DNA of 64,000 nucleotides, taken from IMG/VR virus record IMGVR_UViG_3300024503_000485, positions 1 to 64,000 of that record; one strand, given 5' to 3'. Position numbers and translations under genes: made by a program. Of the stretch, positions 27,918-37,568 are shown in pieces (the stretch's first letter is position 1; each line of letters opens with the position of its first letter). Below the pieces are notes generated by a model, which saw only the letters and a list, made by a program, of their open reading frames with translations, had not been told where the DNA came from and did not search any database.

Positions 27918-28469
27918 ATGAAAATTACAGAACTCCAGAACCTATACCGCGCAGGCCAGATCATCCGCAAGGCAGATCACGCAGACAAGTTGGACATCCA
28001 ATTGGATCCCACAATGACTCGCGAGCTGTTTCGACAAGAAGTTGGCCGTGTTTACTTCATCGTAGTCAACGGTGAAATCAAGAAGATTGGCGGCTCACAG
28101 GCCAAGGGCGGACTCAAGGGAACCTTAGGGGCCTACTTCACTGGTTTTGCCAAGGGCATGAGCGCCAGGACCTATTGCGTATGGAACTTCATGCGCCAGC
28201 AGATCGATCAAGGGCACACGGTTGAGATCTATGTTACATTTGCTCCCCTGGTTGAAGCAACCATTCCAGGTCCCCTGGGACATGTAACCGTACACATTCC
28301 TGTAGACTATCATACCATTGAGAAGAGCTACGTGGATCACTTCGTGCTGGTCGAGAGCAAGCATCCTTACTTGAACATGCAGGAAAGTGCGGGCCGTTGG
28401 GAAGATACGGGGCTTTTAGAAGGCTATCACGGGCTTTGGGTTCCACAACAAGAAACCCTAGCAGCCTAA
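27918..28469 (+). CDS. GIY-YIG family nuclease (restriction-enzyme/EndoII-like)
   Basis: GRVYFIVVNGEIKKIGGS...VEIYV...IEKSYV...PYLNMQE. Confidence 0.5.
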   Translation: MKITELQNLYRAGQIIRKADHADKLDIQLDPTMTRELFRQEVGRVYFIVVNGEIKKIGGSQAKGGLKGTLGAYFTGFAKGMSARTYCVWNFMRQQIDQGHTVEIYVTFAPLVEATIPGPLGHVTVHIPVDYHTIEKSYVDHFVLVESKHPYLNMQESAGRWEDTGLLEGYHGLWVPQQETLAA

Positions 28470-28548
28470 GGGTTATTCAAAAAAGTGGTTGACAACAGCC
28501 TCTAGATCGCATATAATACAAGCTCAACAAACAACTTAGGAGCGAAAC

Positions 28549-28902
28549 ATGGAAGCACAAGCACGTGAGTATTTTGTCCGTCGTCTTAACGAAGTAGCAC
28601 AAGAAAAAGTGCAGGCCAAAGCAGTAGAACTTTACGGCGCAAGTGGCCGTCCAGAACAGCCTACTTGGGGCATGGTGTTTGAGGGCATTAAATCCGGCGA
28701 GATTACCCTTAAAGCAGACAAGGTGGACTATACGGGTCCTTACCTCAACCCTACGGACGTGGAGTGGCCTGCTATGGAAGCCAAAAAGGCAGAGCTGGAA
28801 GCATATCGCAAGTTGGTAGCCGCTGAGAAGCAACGGGCTATGGACGCTGTCTATTTGGACGAGAGCGCACAAGAAGCCCTTAAGGCTTTTGAAGCAATTT
28901 AA
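28549..28902 (+). CDS. hypothetical early protein
   Basis: Own promoter plus GGAGCGAA RBS, followed by terminator 28911-28936. Confidence 0.7.
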   Translation: MEAQAREYFVRRLNEVAQEKVQAKAVELYGASGRPEQPTWGMVFEGIKSGEITLKADKVDYTGPYLNPTDVEWPAMEAKKAELEAYRKLVAAEKQRAMDAVYLDESAQEALKAFEAI

Positions 28903-30440
28903 ACAACAAAAGCCCTACACTCCGTAGGGCTTTTTCTTGACCTTTTGGCACTTTGGACATATAATACACTTACACAGAAGGAGAAGTGTATGAGAGTAGA
29001 AGTCAAAAGCCTATACAGAGTTCAATGCACAGAGTATGAAAGAGGCTATGGTCAAAGGGACATGGGTGTGGTGTTCTTTGACACAGAAGAAGAAGCCAAG
29101 CAGTTCTGCCTAGAATACGCCTCGGGTGATAGCGAATGCTACTTCCGAGCAAGCTACGAAAAGATCAACTAATTCTAGAAAGCCTAAAATGAAAAGCAAA
29201 GACACACAGATCTACAAGAACATTGGCTCTATCCAGGCAGTACAGGGTGACGAAGGCCGCTACTACTTCTACACTCACTTTGCTACAGGTAACACCTGCG
29301 ACGAAGACACTATCAAAGGTGCCAAAGAGATGTTGGATTGGGAAGAAAAGAACCATCAAGAAGTACAGGCTGCGATCCGTGTGCTTCAGGGTCGAGGTTA
29401 CAGAGTATTCAAAGAGGTTTGTTAATGGGATGGGTAGTCTACGATGCTCGTACGGGGCACATGCAAAAGTATTACAAGCTGGCCCGTACAGCCAAGAGTA
29501 TCGTCACGCAGCACAACACAGAACGAATCTATGAGGACTGGATCTATCGTCCTCAGAGCACTTGGGCCTGCTGCTCCTATGCAGACTACGAAGGGATCTT
29601 AATGGGTCTGCGTGGGGAAGCGTTTAAGATGTGGCAGTTTGTTAAGAATAACCCGCAGAGCTAAAGGGTCTTTCTTTTTGGTTGACCTTTGGGCCTTTTG
29701 GTGCTATACTATAGGTATAGTAAGGAGCGTGAAATGATAACAGAAAAACAACGTGTTGTAAATGCCCTAAAGGGTTGGCAGTTCATCCGTGGAACCCATG
29801 GTTGCTTGTATGATCGTGGCTCAGCAGATTCCTACTACGGCCGTCCACGTCAACCTCACTACGGTGGAGTGGGAGGCGATTCCGGCCGCCGAGTCTCGGT
29901 CAACGATGCTGCATCCGTGGCCGAATACTTGGCAGGCTACGACTACAACGAGCGTTATGGAGACAAAAAGAACTATGATTAATCATGGCCTACAATGGCT
30001 GGGCACAGCCGCTCTGATCTCTATGTATATTGTGATGAGCTTCTTTCCTGAGCGATATCCGCTGAATATCCTCTTAGGATTACTGGGAGGTCTATGCTAT
30101 TTTGCGTGGTCGTATCGTGTGGCAAATAAGCCACAGATGATCGTTAACTTCGCAGGAATAGCCGTGTGTGCCGCAGGGTTATTTCGTTATTTTGATTGAC
30201 ACTCAGGCACTTTGGCTATACAATTAACACATACGCTAAACAACTAGGAGCAGAAAATGGTTACACAAGCACAGGCAATGTTTGTATTTGTAGTAGGACT
30301 ACTAATCACAATGTTGGGCACAGGTGGTGTAGAAGCCAGCATCTCTAACCTAGAACTTCTACAAGGTCTAGCAGTGGCCATCACTGGCCTAGGCTGTATG
30401 GGCTGTGGTGTGCTCATGCTTAGGCAAGCCGAGGACTAAT

Positions 30441-30752
30441 ATGGAAGCCCTAGTTGAAACAACTGGGGGCCAGTTCCCCGCGCACACATATCTACTAGAC
30501 GGTACTACCCTAGTAGCCTATGTAAAGGTCAACGAAACTACGCCCGTCTATTTCAAAAGCGGTATCAAGGGCTTTGATAAGCGTGGTAGGCAGTTCGTTA
30601 AGGGTAACATCAACTTATTCAAAGTAAAGGCAACTAATGACACAAGATCTGTCCAAGGCTCAAAAGGCCAAGTCTACTCAGTCAACGACGCAGAGAAAAC
30701 CTGTACCTGTCCAGGATTTACATTTAGAGGTACCTGCAAACACTTGGGCTAA
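30441..30752 (+). CDS. SWIM zinc-finger protein
   Basis: CTCPGFTFRGTCKH; GAGGA RBS. Confidence 0.8.
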   Translation: MEALVETTGGQFPAHTYLLDGTTLVAYVKVNETTPVYFKSGIKGFDKRGRQFVKGNINLFKVKATNDTRSVQGSKGQVYSVNDAEKTCTCPGFTFRGTCKHLG

Positions 30753-31835
30753 CATGATAAAGGTATTGATGCAATGAGCATACAACTACACGGACTGACC
30801 CGCCAGCAGTATCAGATCGCTGACATGATCTGGAGCTGTGAATCACAAGAGGATGTTCAACGCTTGATCAATAACCTGCCCGCAGAGTATAAGAAGGACG
30901 CTGTGGTCATACACGATCTAATGATAGCAGCAGTCATGGACCAACATATGGAGATCACTGAAGATGTTCGTGCGCTTATTCATAGTATTGCTAGCCGCTA
31001 GCTTAACAGCCTGCACAGCCTTTAGGGATCCACGTGATGCTGCGTGGGATCCTAGGCAGGATCAAGGTCGTTACCTTCACGAACAGATTCCAAATTGGCA
31101 GCATGAAGCCCTCAGAGTCTGTGGTGGTGGTGACCGAGTGAGGAGACCTGGTATGACCGATCGGTGTTGATGGTCGGTCGGTGGTCGGTGGTGAGGGGTA
31201 ACATATGTTAGTAAGTACTAACAAGCTAGTAAGGGGTAGCAAATCACCACCCTGAAAAGAAAAGTACTGCCCTTAAAAATTTTGCGCGGCCAATTTTTTC
31301 CCCTGTAGACCCATTTTGCTGTAAATACACTCATGAAAGATCAAATTGAACGTAACGGGCGACTCTATGAGTACTCAGCCACTGACGATTGTTGGTATCC
31401 TGTGCCCACTGAAGACCAGTATGATTTTCAACGTTTTGTTATTTTTATCAGCACAATTCTAGTTATTTGTTATCTAGCCTATGCAACACTCACATAATTA
31501 TATTGGCCCACATTGGCGTAGTAGTCTGCCATTTTACCCATGGACCATACTTGCTCGTAGGCCCGAATTTGTCGCTGATCCCTTGTTGAATCAAAAGAGC
31601 TCATGGGAGTTCAAGCCCGATCCTGTTATACATCCTAAACTATGATAGAATACGCTGTACTCACACGGGATCCTGATTTTTTGAAGTTTGCGGAATTTAT
31701 ACAAGCACACAATCTCAGCCACGAAATACATCTTAATCGTACTCGTGTACACCTAGTTGAAAACTCTAGTCTACACCTAGAGTTTTTATTGAGATTTCCC
31801 AGTGCTTTTCCCATAACCACTTTCACGGAGTCGCT

Positions 31836-32390
31836 ATGACTGAACCTAGAATAATACCTAATTTATTAGGCCCCAGCACATTTGAATATGCACAATCACG
31901 TTTTACGGATCTAGGCATACACTGGTACTACATGCCCGTGACCAGCTGTGAAAAAGATCAAATGCAGTATGCAGGCAGCTTTAGTCATTTGATCTATAAA
32001 AATGGAGAACCCATTAGTCCCTTATGGGATCTTAGTCTACAGATACTCTTAGCTGCCTGTGATCATCACGGTGAACGACTAGCAGAAATTGCTCGTGTTA
32101 GACTGGGCTTTTGTACTCGTACACCCTATGCTGTGGAGCATACACCGCATCAAGATTTTCAAGGACCGCATCGTACGGGCATATATTACCCTATTACCGC
32201 TGACGGCCCTACTACTATCTACGCAGAGAAAACAGAACAACTTGATGGTGCGTATACTCTGTTGGCTAGTCAACAGCCTAGGGCTAACCTTTGGATGGAC
32301 TTTGACGGCGAACATTTTCACAGCAGCACTACTCCCGTAGATCACGAAAATCGCTTGGTTTTGACCCTAAACTACAGAATACAAGAATAA
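31836..32390 (+). CDS. 2OG-Fe(II) oxygenase-like protein
   Basis: HTPHQDF, IYYPITADGPT, FDGEHFHSS, RLVLTLN. Confidence 0.7.
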   Translation: MTEPRIIPNLLGPSTFEYAQSRFTDLGIHWYYMPVTSCEKDQMQYAGSFSHLIYKNGEPISPLWDLSLQILLAACDHHGERLAEIARVRLGFCTRTPYAVEHTPHQDFQGPHRTGIYYPITADGPTTIYAEKTEQLDGAYTLLASQQPRANLWMDFDGEHFHSSTTPVDHENRLVLTLNYRIQE

Positions 32391-32915
32391 TGTCGTAAAT
32401 ACAAGATATGCTTCTAGTGTATCTTGAACCTTTTGTTCGTGAGCAAGAGGACCTACTACAATCCTGGCGGGATCTAGTACACTATTGGCCTCGTAGTTAT
32501 GCGCACACAGATGCTTATAACTCTGCTATACCTACAGATTGGTGGCTCTTGTTTAGGGATGCTCGTTACTCTAGTATATGGTTGATCAAATACCCTGAAC
32601 ACTCAAGAATTATGCTGACCTTATTCGACTAAAAAATCTTGCGCTTGGCGCTTCGCGCTAAAAAATTGCGCTGCGGCTTCGCCGATCTTGATAAATATTC
32701 GAAACAGGAGCAATCATGCCACAGGCCTATAAAATCATGGCACGTAACACTAGAACAGGTGTCAGAATACAAAAACAATTTCTAGATGGAGCCACCGTCA
32801 CAAACTATGATATGGCTCTAGAACACGCTCAAGATCTAGCTCAGCGTCAAAGTTCACGCAGTCGCGAAACTTGGGTGGGCGAAGTAGAAATCTACACCGT
32901 GGGCAACAAGCCCGG

Positions 32916-33350
32916 TCAGTGATACATATAGTTCACTGAATCTTCATTTTCCCTAAATGTCTCGGCCCCGTTTTTATGATGAAAACGTCGGGCCATTTCT
33001 GTCTTTGGACTTAGAGTAACAAAGGTCTTGACTTCGGGGCTGTTTTCTTTGATGTCTGCCTGTGCTTGTGTGATCAACTCACGACCTGCACCTGCGGCAT
33101 AGCTCCAAATGGTATAGAACACAGCAGTGGTAGAGTTTACTGCTAGATTGGCTAGATCATCAACATTCTTAGGAATGTCTGCTAGAAACTTAACACAGGT
33201 CACAGCCAAAGGACGGTTTTCTTCATCTTTGAGTACATAGACCTTGCCGTGTTCGTCAACTCGAAAGTCCGCAGGAATTTCTGGACGCACAGGATCGTCT
33301 TTGAGTAGGCTCAATAGTTCTTCGTTGATGGTGGTGATTTTTTCTAGCAT
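32916..33350 (-). CDS. GNAT-fold protein resembling the malonyl-CoA decarboxylase catalytic domain
   Basis: TAVFYTIWS...GAGRELI...KTFVTLSP; own sigma70 promoter (TTGACA ending near 33383). Confidence 0.5.
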   Translation of the reverse strand: MLEKITTINEELLSLLKDDPVRPEIPADFRVDEHGKVYVLKDEENRPLAVTCVKFLADIPKNVDDLANLAVNSTTAVFYTIWSYAAGAGRELITQAQADIKENSPEVKTFVTLSPKTEMARRFHHKNGAETFRENEDSVNYMYH

Positions 33351-33405
33351 GATGTTAATGATTATATAACATTACTTATCATCTTGTCAATAAAACTAGC
33401 AGATA

Positions 33406-34299
33406 ATGTTTTACCAGATAAGTATGCTTATGACAGAACCGAGATTATTCATTACCGGCGATAGCTTTGCCATATTTCCCAAAGATCCTGATCCAGTGAA
33501 AAATTGGGGACTGCTCTTAGCTGACCTGTTGGGTCAGGAATTAGGACAGACCCTACAGGTGGTCAATAACAGCCTTATGGGCTGTGCTCAAGATTGGAAT
33601 TGGCTGAGTCTTCAAAATTGGTACGAACATACAATCACAGAACATGACTATGTGGTCATAGCTCTAACTCATCCTAGCCGTCAGTGGTTCTTTGAAAACA
33701 GCCCTGAAATTGCCAATGCTAATCTAATTGATCTAGATCGTTGGGTCACTCGAGAGCAGGCCAAGACCGTAGAGCTGTTTATCAAATACATGCAACGTCC
33801 TAGTTTAGATCTAATAGCAGTTCAAAATCGTTTGGCCTATTTGGCCTATATGACTAGACTTAAGGGTCTAAGGCCGCCTGTGATTATGAAATGTTTTACA
33901 CAGGAATTTGGACAGGCCAATACGTGGCCAGATCTTAAGATTGCTCAGGGTGATCTAATGAACATACAACGTTATGAGTTTGAGGACATAGACATAGATA
34001 TTCGTTCGGATTTTTGGAAAGGACTAGACAGCAGGTACAATCATCTGTGTAGATCCAATCACACCATCCTAGCTCAAAAGGTCTTTGACACCCTAACCAA
34101 AGGCGCAGAGTTAGATCTTACCACAGGGTTTATTCAAGGTCTGCTTAAAAACAATACTCTTGATGACCTAGACTTTGTTCAACGAGAATTGGATTATCCT
34201 ACGTTTCTAAAAAATCGTGAAAAGCTCAAAAAGAGCCGTGGTCCAATACTGCCGTGGAAAACCAGAGTTAATATCCAAACCGGACAGGATGATGCTTGA
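33406..34299 (+). CDS. SGNH/GDSL hydrolase-like protein
   Basis: FITGDSF block I; NHL...NH near C-terminus. Confidence 0.55.
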   Translation: MFYQISMLMTEPRLFITGDSFAIFPKDPDPVKNWGLLLADLLGQELGQTLQVVNNSLMGCAQDWNWLSLQNWYEHTITEHDYVVIALTHPSRQWFFENSPEIANANLIDLDRWVTREQAKTVELFIKYMQRPSLDLIAVQNRLAYLAYMTRLKGLRPPVIMKCFTQEFGQANTWPDLKIAQGDLMNIQRYEFEDIDIDIRSDFWKGLDSRYNHLCRSNHTILAQKVFDTLTKGAELDLTTGFIQGLLKNNTLDDLDFVQRELDYPTFLKNREKLKKSRGPILPWKTRVNIQTGQDDA

Positions 34300-34344
34300 C
34301 ACCTGCTGTTAATCTTAGTATAATACATAGACAAGGAGACCACA

Positions 34345-35025
34345 ATGTTTGATTCAATTACAACTTATCGTTCAGCTGAAGCTATCAATAGTGCCATGGC
34401 CAGTGTTTATAAACACATGGGTCTAGCAGTATTGACCAGTATGATCGTTTCATTGTTTGTAGGAACCAATCCTGCACTATTGGCCTTTTTCTTTACAGGC
34501 TTTATAAAATGGATTGTTATATTTGCACCGCTGGTAGCTATTATTGCTCTTAGTATGAATATGGATTCTATGAGCAAGGGCACAGCACAACTAGCTCTAC
34601 ATGGCTTTGCCGCGCTAATGGGCTTGAGCTTTGCTACTATCTTTGCTGTCTACACTATGGGCAGTATTTTTTCAGCTTTTATGAGTGCCGCAGTATTGTT
34701 TGGCGTTATGAGCTTTTATGGTTATTTTACCAAGAAGAGTTTAGATAGCCTAGGCCAGTTTATGTTCATAGGCCTAATTGCCATTATCATTGCTAGTCTA
34801 ATCAATATCTTTATTGGCAGCACCTTAATGCAAATGGTTATTTCGGCTATTGCTGTTATTATCTTTCTAGGCCTTACTGCCTACGACACACAAAAGATTC
34901 GAGAAATGGTCAGCTATGATACAGCGGAAGGCAATGCTGAAATTGTTGGCGCACTAACTCTGTATCTTGATTTTATTAATCTTTTCCTAAATCTTCTACA
35001 ACTATTTGGCGGTAGAAAAGATTGA
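34345..35025 (+). CDS. yccA: Bax inhibitor-1/YccA family membrane protein
   Basis: Seven hydrophobic segments; AYDTQKI, GALTLYLDFINLF; promoter TTGACA 34296-17-TATAAT. Confidence 0.9.
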   Translation: MFDSITTYRSAEAINSAMASVYKHMGLAVLTSMIVSLFVGTNPALLAFFFTGFIKWIVIFAPLVAIIALSMNMDSMSKGTAQLALHGFAALMGLSFATIFAVYTMGSIFSAFMSAAVLFGVMSFYGYFTKKSLDSLGQFMFIGLIAIIIASLINIFIGSTLMQMVISAIAVIIFLGLTAYDTQKIREMVSYDTAEGNAEIVGALTLYLDFINLFLNLLQLFGGRKD

Positions 35026-35585
35026 ACGAATATGTTTTATTCCCTACAATAGTTAGGGAATACGATTTCAGCAAGGACCCAGATTTTCATGTCCTTGCTG
35101 ATTTTGTTTCTAAACAAAAAACAGAACCACATAGACTAGTAGGCTGGGCAGAAAGCAGTTACGGTGTAGGCCGTAGTCTTTTTGATAATTTTATTCTCAA
35201 AGGCATACGACAAAAACTACAGGCCGCTGTTGATGCATATATCATTGAACTTGGTATAGCACCAGTTAAAATAACCAATAGTTGGTTTAATAAACTAGGT
35301 CAACATCAACGTGTAGAAACTCATAGACATGAATTAAGTGTTGTGTCAGGAGCATTCTATGTTCATGCAGATCCCGGTAGTGTGGGACTAAAATTATTCA
35401 GTCCTTTGGCACAACTTCGTATGTACGAACAGATTGTAAATCACAATGCTGTTAATGCTAATTTTATTGAAATGGAATGTTGTACAGGTCAGCTAATTTT
35501 ATTTCCTAGCTGGATAGAACACGGAACCGATAATAATCAAACCGATAGTAGAATTACGGTTAGTTTTAATACAGAATATTGTTAG
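35022..35585 (+). CDS. putative 2OG-Fe(II) oxygenase (TIGR02466-like)
   Basis: SWFN...HRH...VSGAFYV...GQLILFPSWIEH...RITVSFN. Confidence 0.8.
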   Translation: MNEYVLFPTIVREYDFSKDPDFHVLADFVSKQKTEPHRLVGWAESSYGVGRSLFDNFILKGIRQKLQAAVDAYIIELGIAPVKITNSWFNKLGQHQRVETHRHELSVVSGAFYVHADPGSVGLKLFSPLAQLRMYEQIVNHNAVNANFIEMECCTGQLILFPSWIEHGTDNNQTDSRITVSFNTEYC

Positions 35586-36276
35586 TCTGTTCTAGACTAA
35601 GTTCTTGATCTTCTAATTCACGAATCTTTTCAGTAATCTCGTCAATAAGACCTAGGTTACGTAGAATCTTAAAAACTAGATTTTCCACAGACCATTCTCC
35701 GGCACGCTCAAGTCCGGCCTTTCTCATAGTAGTAATTTTTTCTTTTACTGCTCTAAGTTTTTCTAGATCCTTAGAAACCATCGCTTCTTCAATGGCTTTC
35801 ATTATACCATCTTTCTTTGCTTCCACGGCAGCATCGTCTACTTCCGGCTTGACCTTCTTTGGTTCTACCAGCCATTGACCTTTAGCTATGCTATACACTC
35901 CTGTGCTGTGGTGCGGCTCATCTTCTCCTTGAACATAACATTCAACTGGAAGACCTTTGATAGTGATAGTGTGTTGTTCTGCCCAAAGTGCCTTTTTGGC
36001 GCTGTATAATTCTCGTTCGTCGTCCGTTGGAGAACCTTTGACAATGACATGAAGATCTAGGTCAGAATGTTTAGTCCAGGTATAATTTGCATTAGATCCT
36101 GTTATGGTATAATCAACAATATCTAGATCCACTCCAACAAAATCTACAAAGGCTTTGGCAATGTCCATTAGTTTGGCTTCAACTTCTAGATCTAATGAAT
36201 CACCGTCCCATATTCTAGGATTTAATCTTTTATTGACCGTAACAACAGAAGATGCTGTAAACTCACGTAACTTCAT
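35566..36276 (-). CDS. Pol-beta-superfamily nucleotidyltransferase with capsid-targeting-like N-terminus
   Basis: TGSNANY...SDLDLHV, VECYVQ; starts MKLREFT. Confidence 0.75.
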   Translation of the reverse strand: MKLREFTASSVVTVNKRLNPRIWDGDSLDLEVEAKLMDIAKAFVDFVGVDLDIVDYTITGSNANYTWTKHSDLDLHVIVKGSPTDDERELYSAKKALWAEQHTITIKGLPVECYVQGEDEPHHSTGVYSIAKGQWLVEPKKVKPEVDDAAVEAKKDGIMKAIEEAMVSKDLEKLRAVKEKITTMRKAGLERAGEWSVENLVFKILRNLGLIDEITEKIRELEDQELSLEQTNNILY

Positions 36277-36675
36277 TTAAACTCCAAATCGATTACGTTT
36301 TTTTGTTGCAACAGGACTGCTCTTATTGACGTCTTTGGTTTCATGACTACCTGTTGATGTAATTTGTTTTTTAGCACTAGAACTTAAACCAATTTGATTT
36401 AATGCATCATCAATAATATCTTTGGTTGTGTTAGTATAACTAATAACAATAGCGTTTTCACCCCAAGGACTTTTTGCTTGAAACGTATCTCTTTTAATAA
36501 CGTCGTCTTTGGCTTTATTTGCTCGAGCATTTGCTAAAGCAACACCAAATCGGTATTGCTTATATGGGTCTTGATTAGGTAGAGCAGGAATAACAAATGC
36601 GCTTGGAATCGCTTCCGCGACATCGTCTTCCATGCCATTCTCTCTAGACTCTTGAATAAATTCTTTAGCTCTCAT
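36277..36675 (-). CDS. putative internal head protein
   Basis: Start MRAKEFIQE at 36675 (TAATG overlap). Confidence 0.55.
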   Translation of the reverse strand: MRAKEFIQESRENGMEDDVAEAIPSAFVIPALPNQDPYKQYRFGVALANARANKAKDDVIKRDTFQAKSPWGENAIVISYTNTTKDIIDDALNQIGLSSSAKKQITSTGSHETKDVNKSSPVATKKRNRFGV

Positions 36676-37301
36676 TAGCAGTTCCAACGTCTACGTGCTT
36701 TACAGATTGCCTTATCTGGAGTTTTCGAACAATCAATGTGATGCATTTTCTTTTGACCGGCTGATCTTGAGCAATAGCTCTTACGACGTTTGCTGGCCTT
36801 AGAACCTTTTTTAAGTTTACTTGGTTTGGTAGTTACAGCAGTTTTTAATTTGCTGCCTGGATGTTCTCTACGATAAGCATTAACAGCTTTTTTGCTCATG
36901 CCATCGGTTTTGTCTTTCTTGTTGACTTTTTGCCAATCTTCTAATACAGGTTGTGTAACTGCAAACACATATAATTCGTCATCAGTTAGAGATTCTAAAT
37001 CTTCCCATACTAGATCAACATCAACTTGATTATGTTCTGCAATTCTAGAAATGATAGATTCGATTAAATCAAATTCTTGTTCTAGACTTTCATTTTTAGG
37101 TTTTTTGCCTTGCTTTTTCATATTGACAGCAATAGCTGCCTGTTGTGCCGGGCTACCTGCTTCATCGACACTTTCGTTAGGAACGCAATTATTAACACGA
37201 ACACCACCTTTAATTTTGGTGCCCTCTTTGTGCTTGCCTTTCCAACATTTAGCGTCTAAACGTTGTTTTATAGCTTCTGTAATAAATTCTTGTGCTCGCA
37301 T
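36675..37301 (-). CDS. putative internal head protein
   Basis: MRAQEFITE; CWKG...NNCVP, AYRREHPGSKLKTAVT, SYCSRS...RRRWNC. Confidence 0.6.
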   Translation of the reverse strand: MRAQEFITEAIKQRLDAKCWKGKHKEGTKIKGGVRVNNCVPNESVDEAGSPAQQAAIAVNMKKQGKKPKNESLEQEFDLIESIISRIAEHNQVDVDLVWEDLESLTDDELYVFAVTQPVLEDWQKVNKKDKTDGMSKKAVNAYRREHPGSKLKTAVTTKPSKLKKGSKASKRRKSYCSRSAGQKKMHHIDCSKTPDKAICKARRRWNC

Positions 37302-37322
37302 AGTGTAAATCCGATTAATACA

Positions 37323-37568
37323 CTATTTAGCCCATCTTAGGTGATACTCTACTTCTATTTTAGAATCGTAAAATTCTACTACAAGTGCAAGATTTTCAGC
37401 TATTTTTTCAACAACTAATTGACACTTTGTTTTGGGCTGAGCTAAAATCCATTCTAAATGATCTACACCAATCAGCTTTTGTATTTTAGGCCAATCTATA
37501 TCAATGTTGCCAACAACTTCAATATCTGGGGACGACCACTCTGCTAGAGTAACTTTAGTATGTTTCAT
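37323..37568 (-). CDS. hypothetical protein
   Basis: Overlaps helicase stop. Confidence 0.55.
   Translation of the reverse strand: MKHTKVTLAEWSSPDIEVVGNIDIDWPKIQKLIGVDHLEWILAQPKTKCQLVVEKIAENLALVVEFYDSKIEVEYHLRWAK

Noticed and set aside
28911-28936. Fifth copy of the AACCCT-N9-AGGGTT dyad
   Set aside because: Fully paired stem with a T-run right after a stop codon; better explained as an intrinsic terminator
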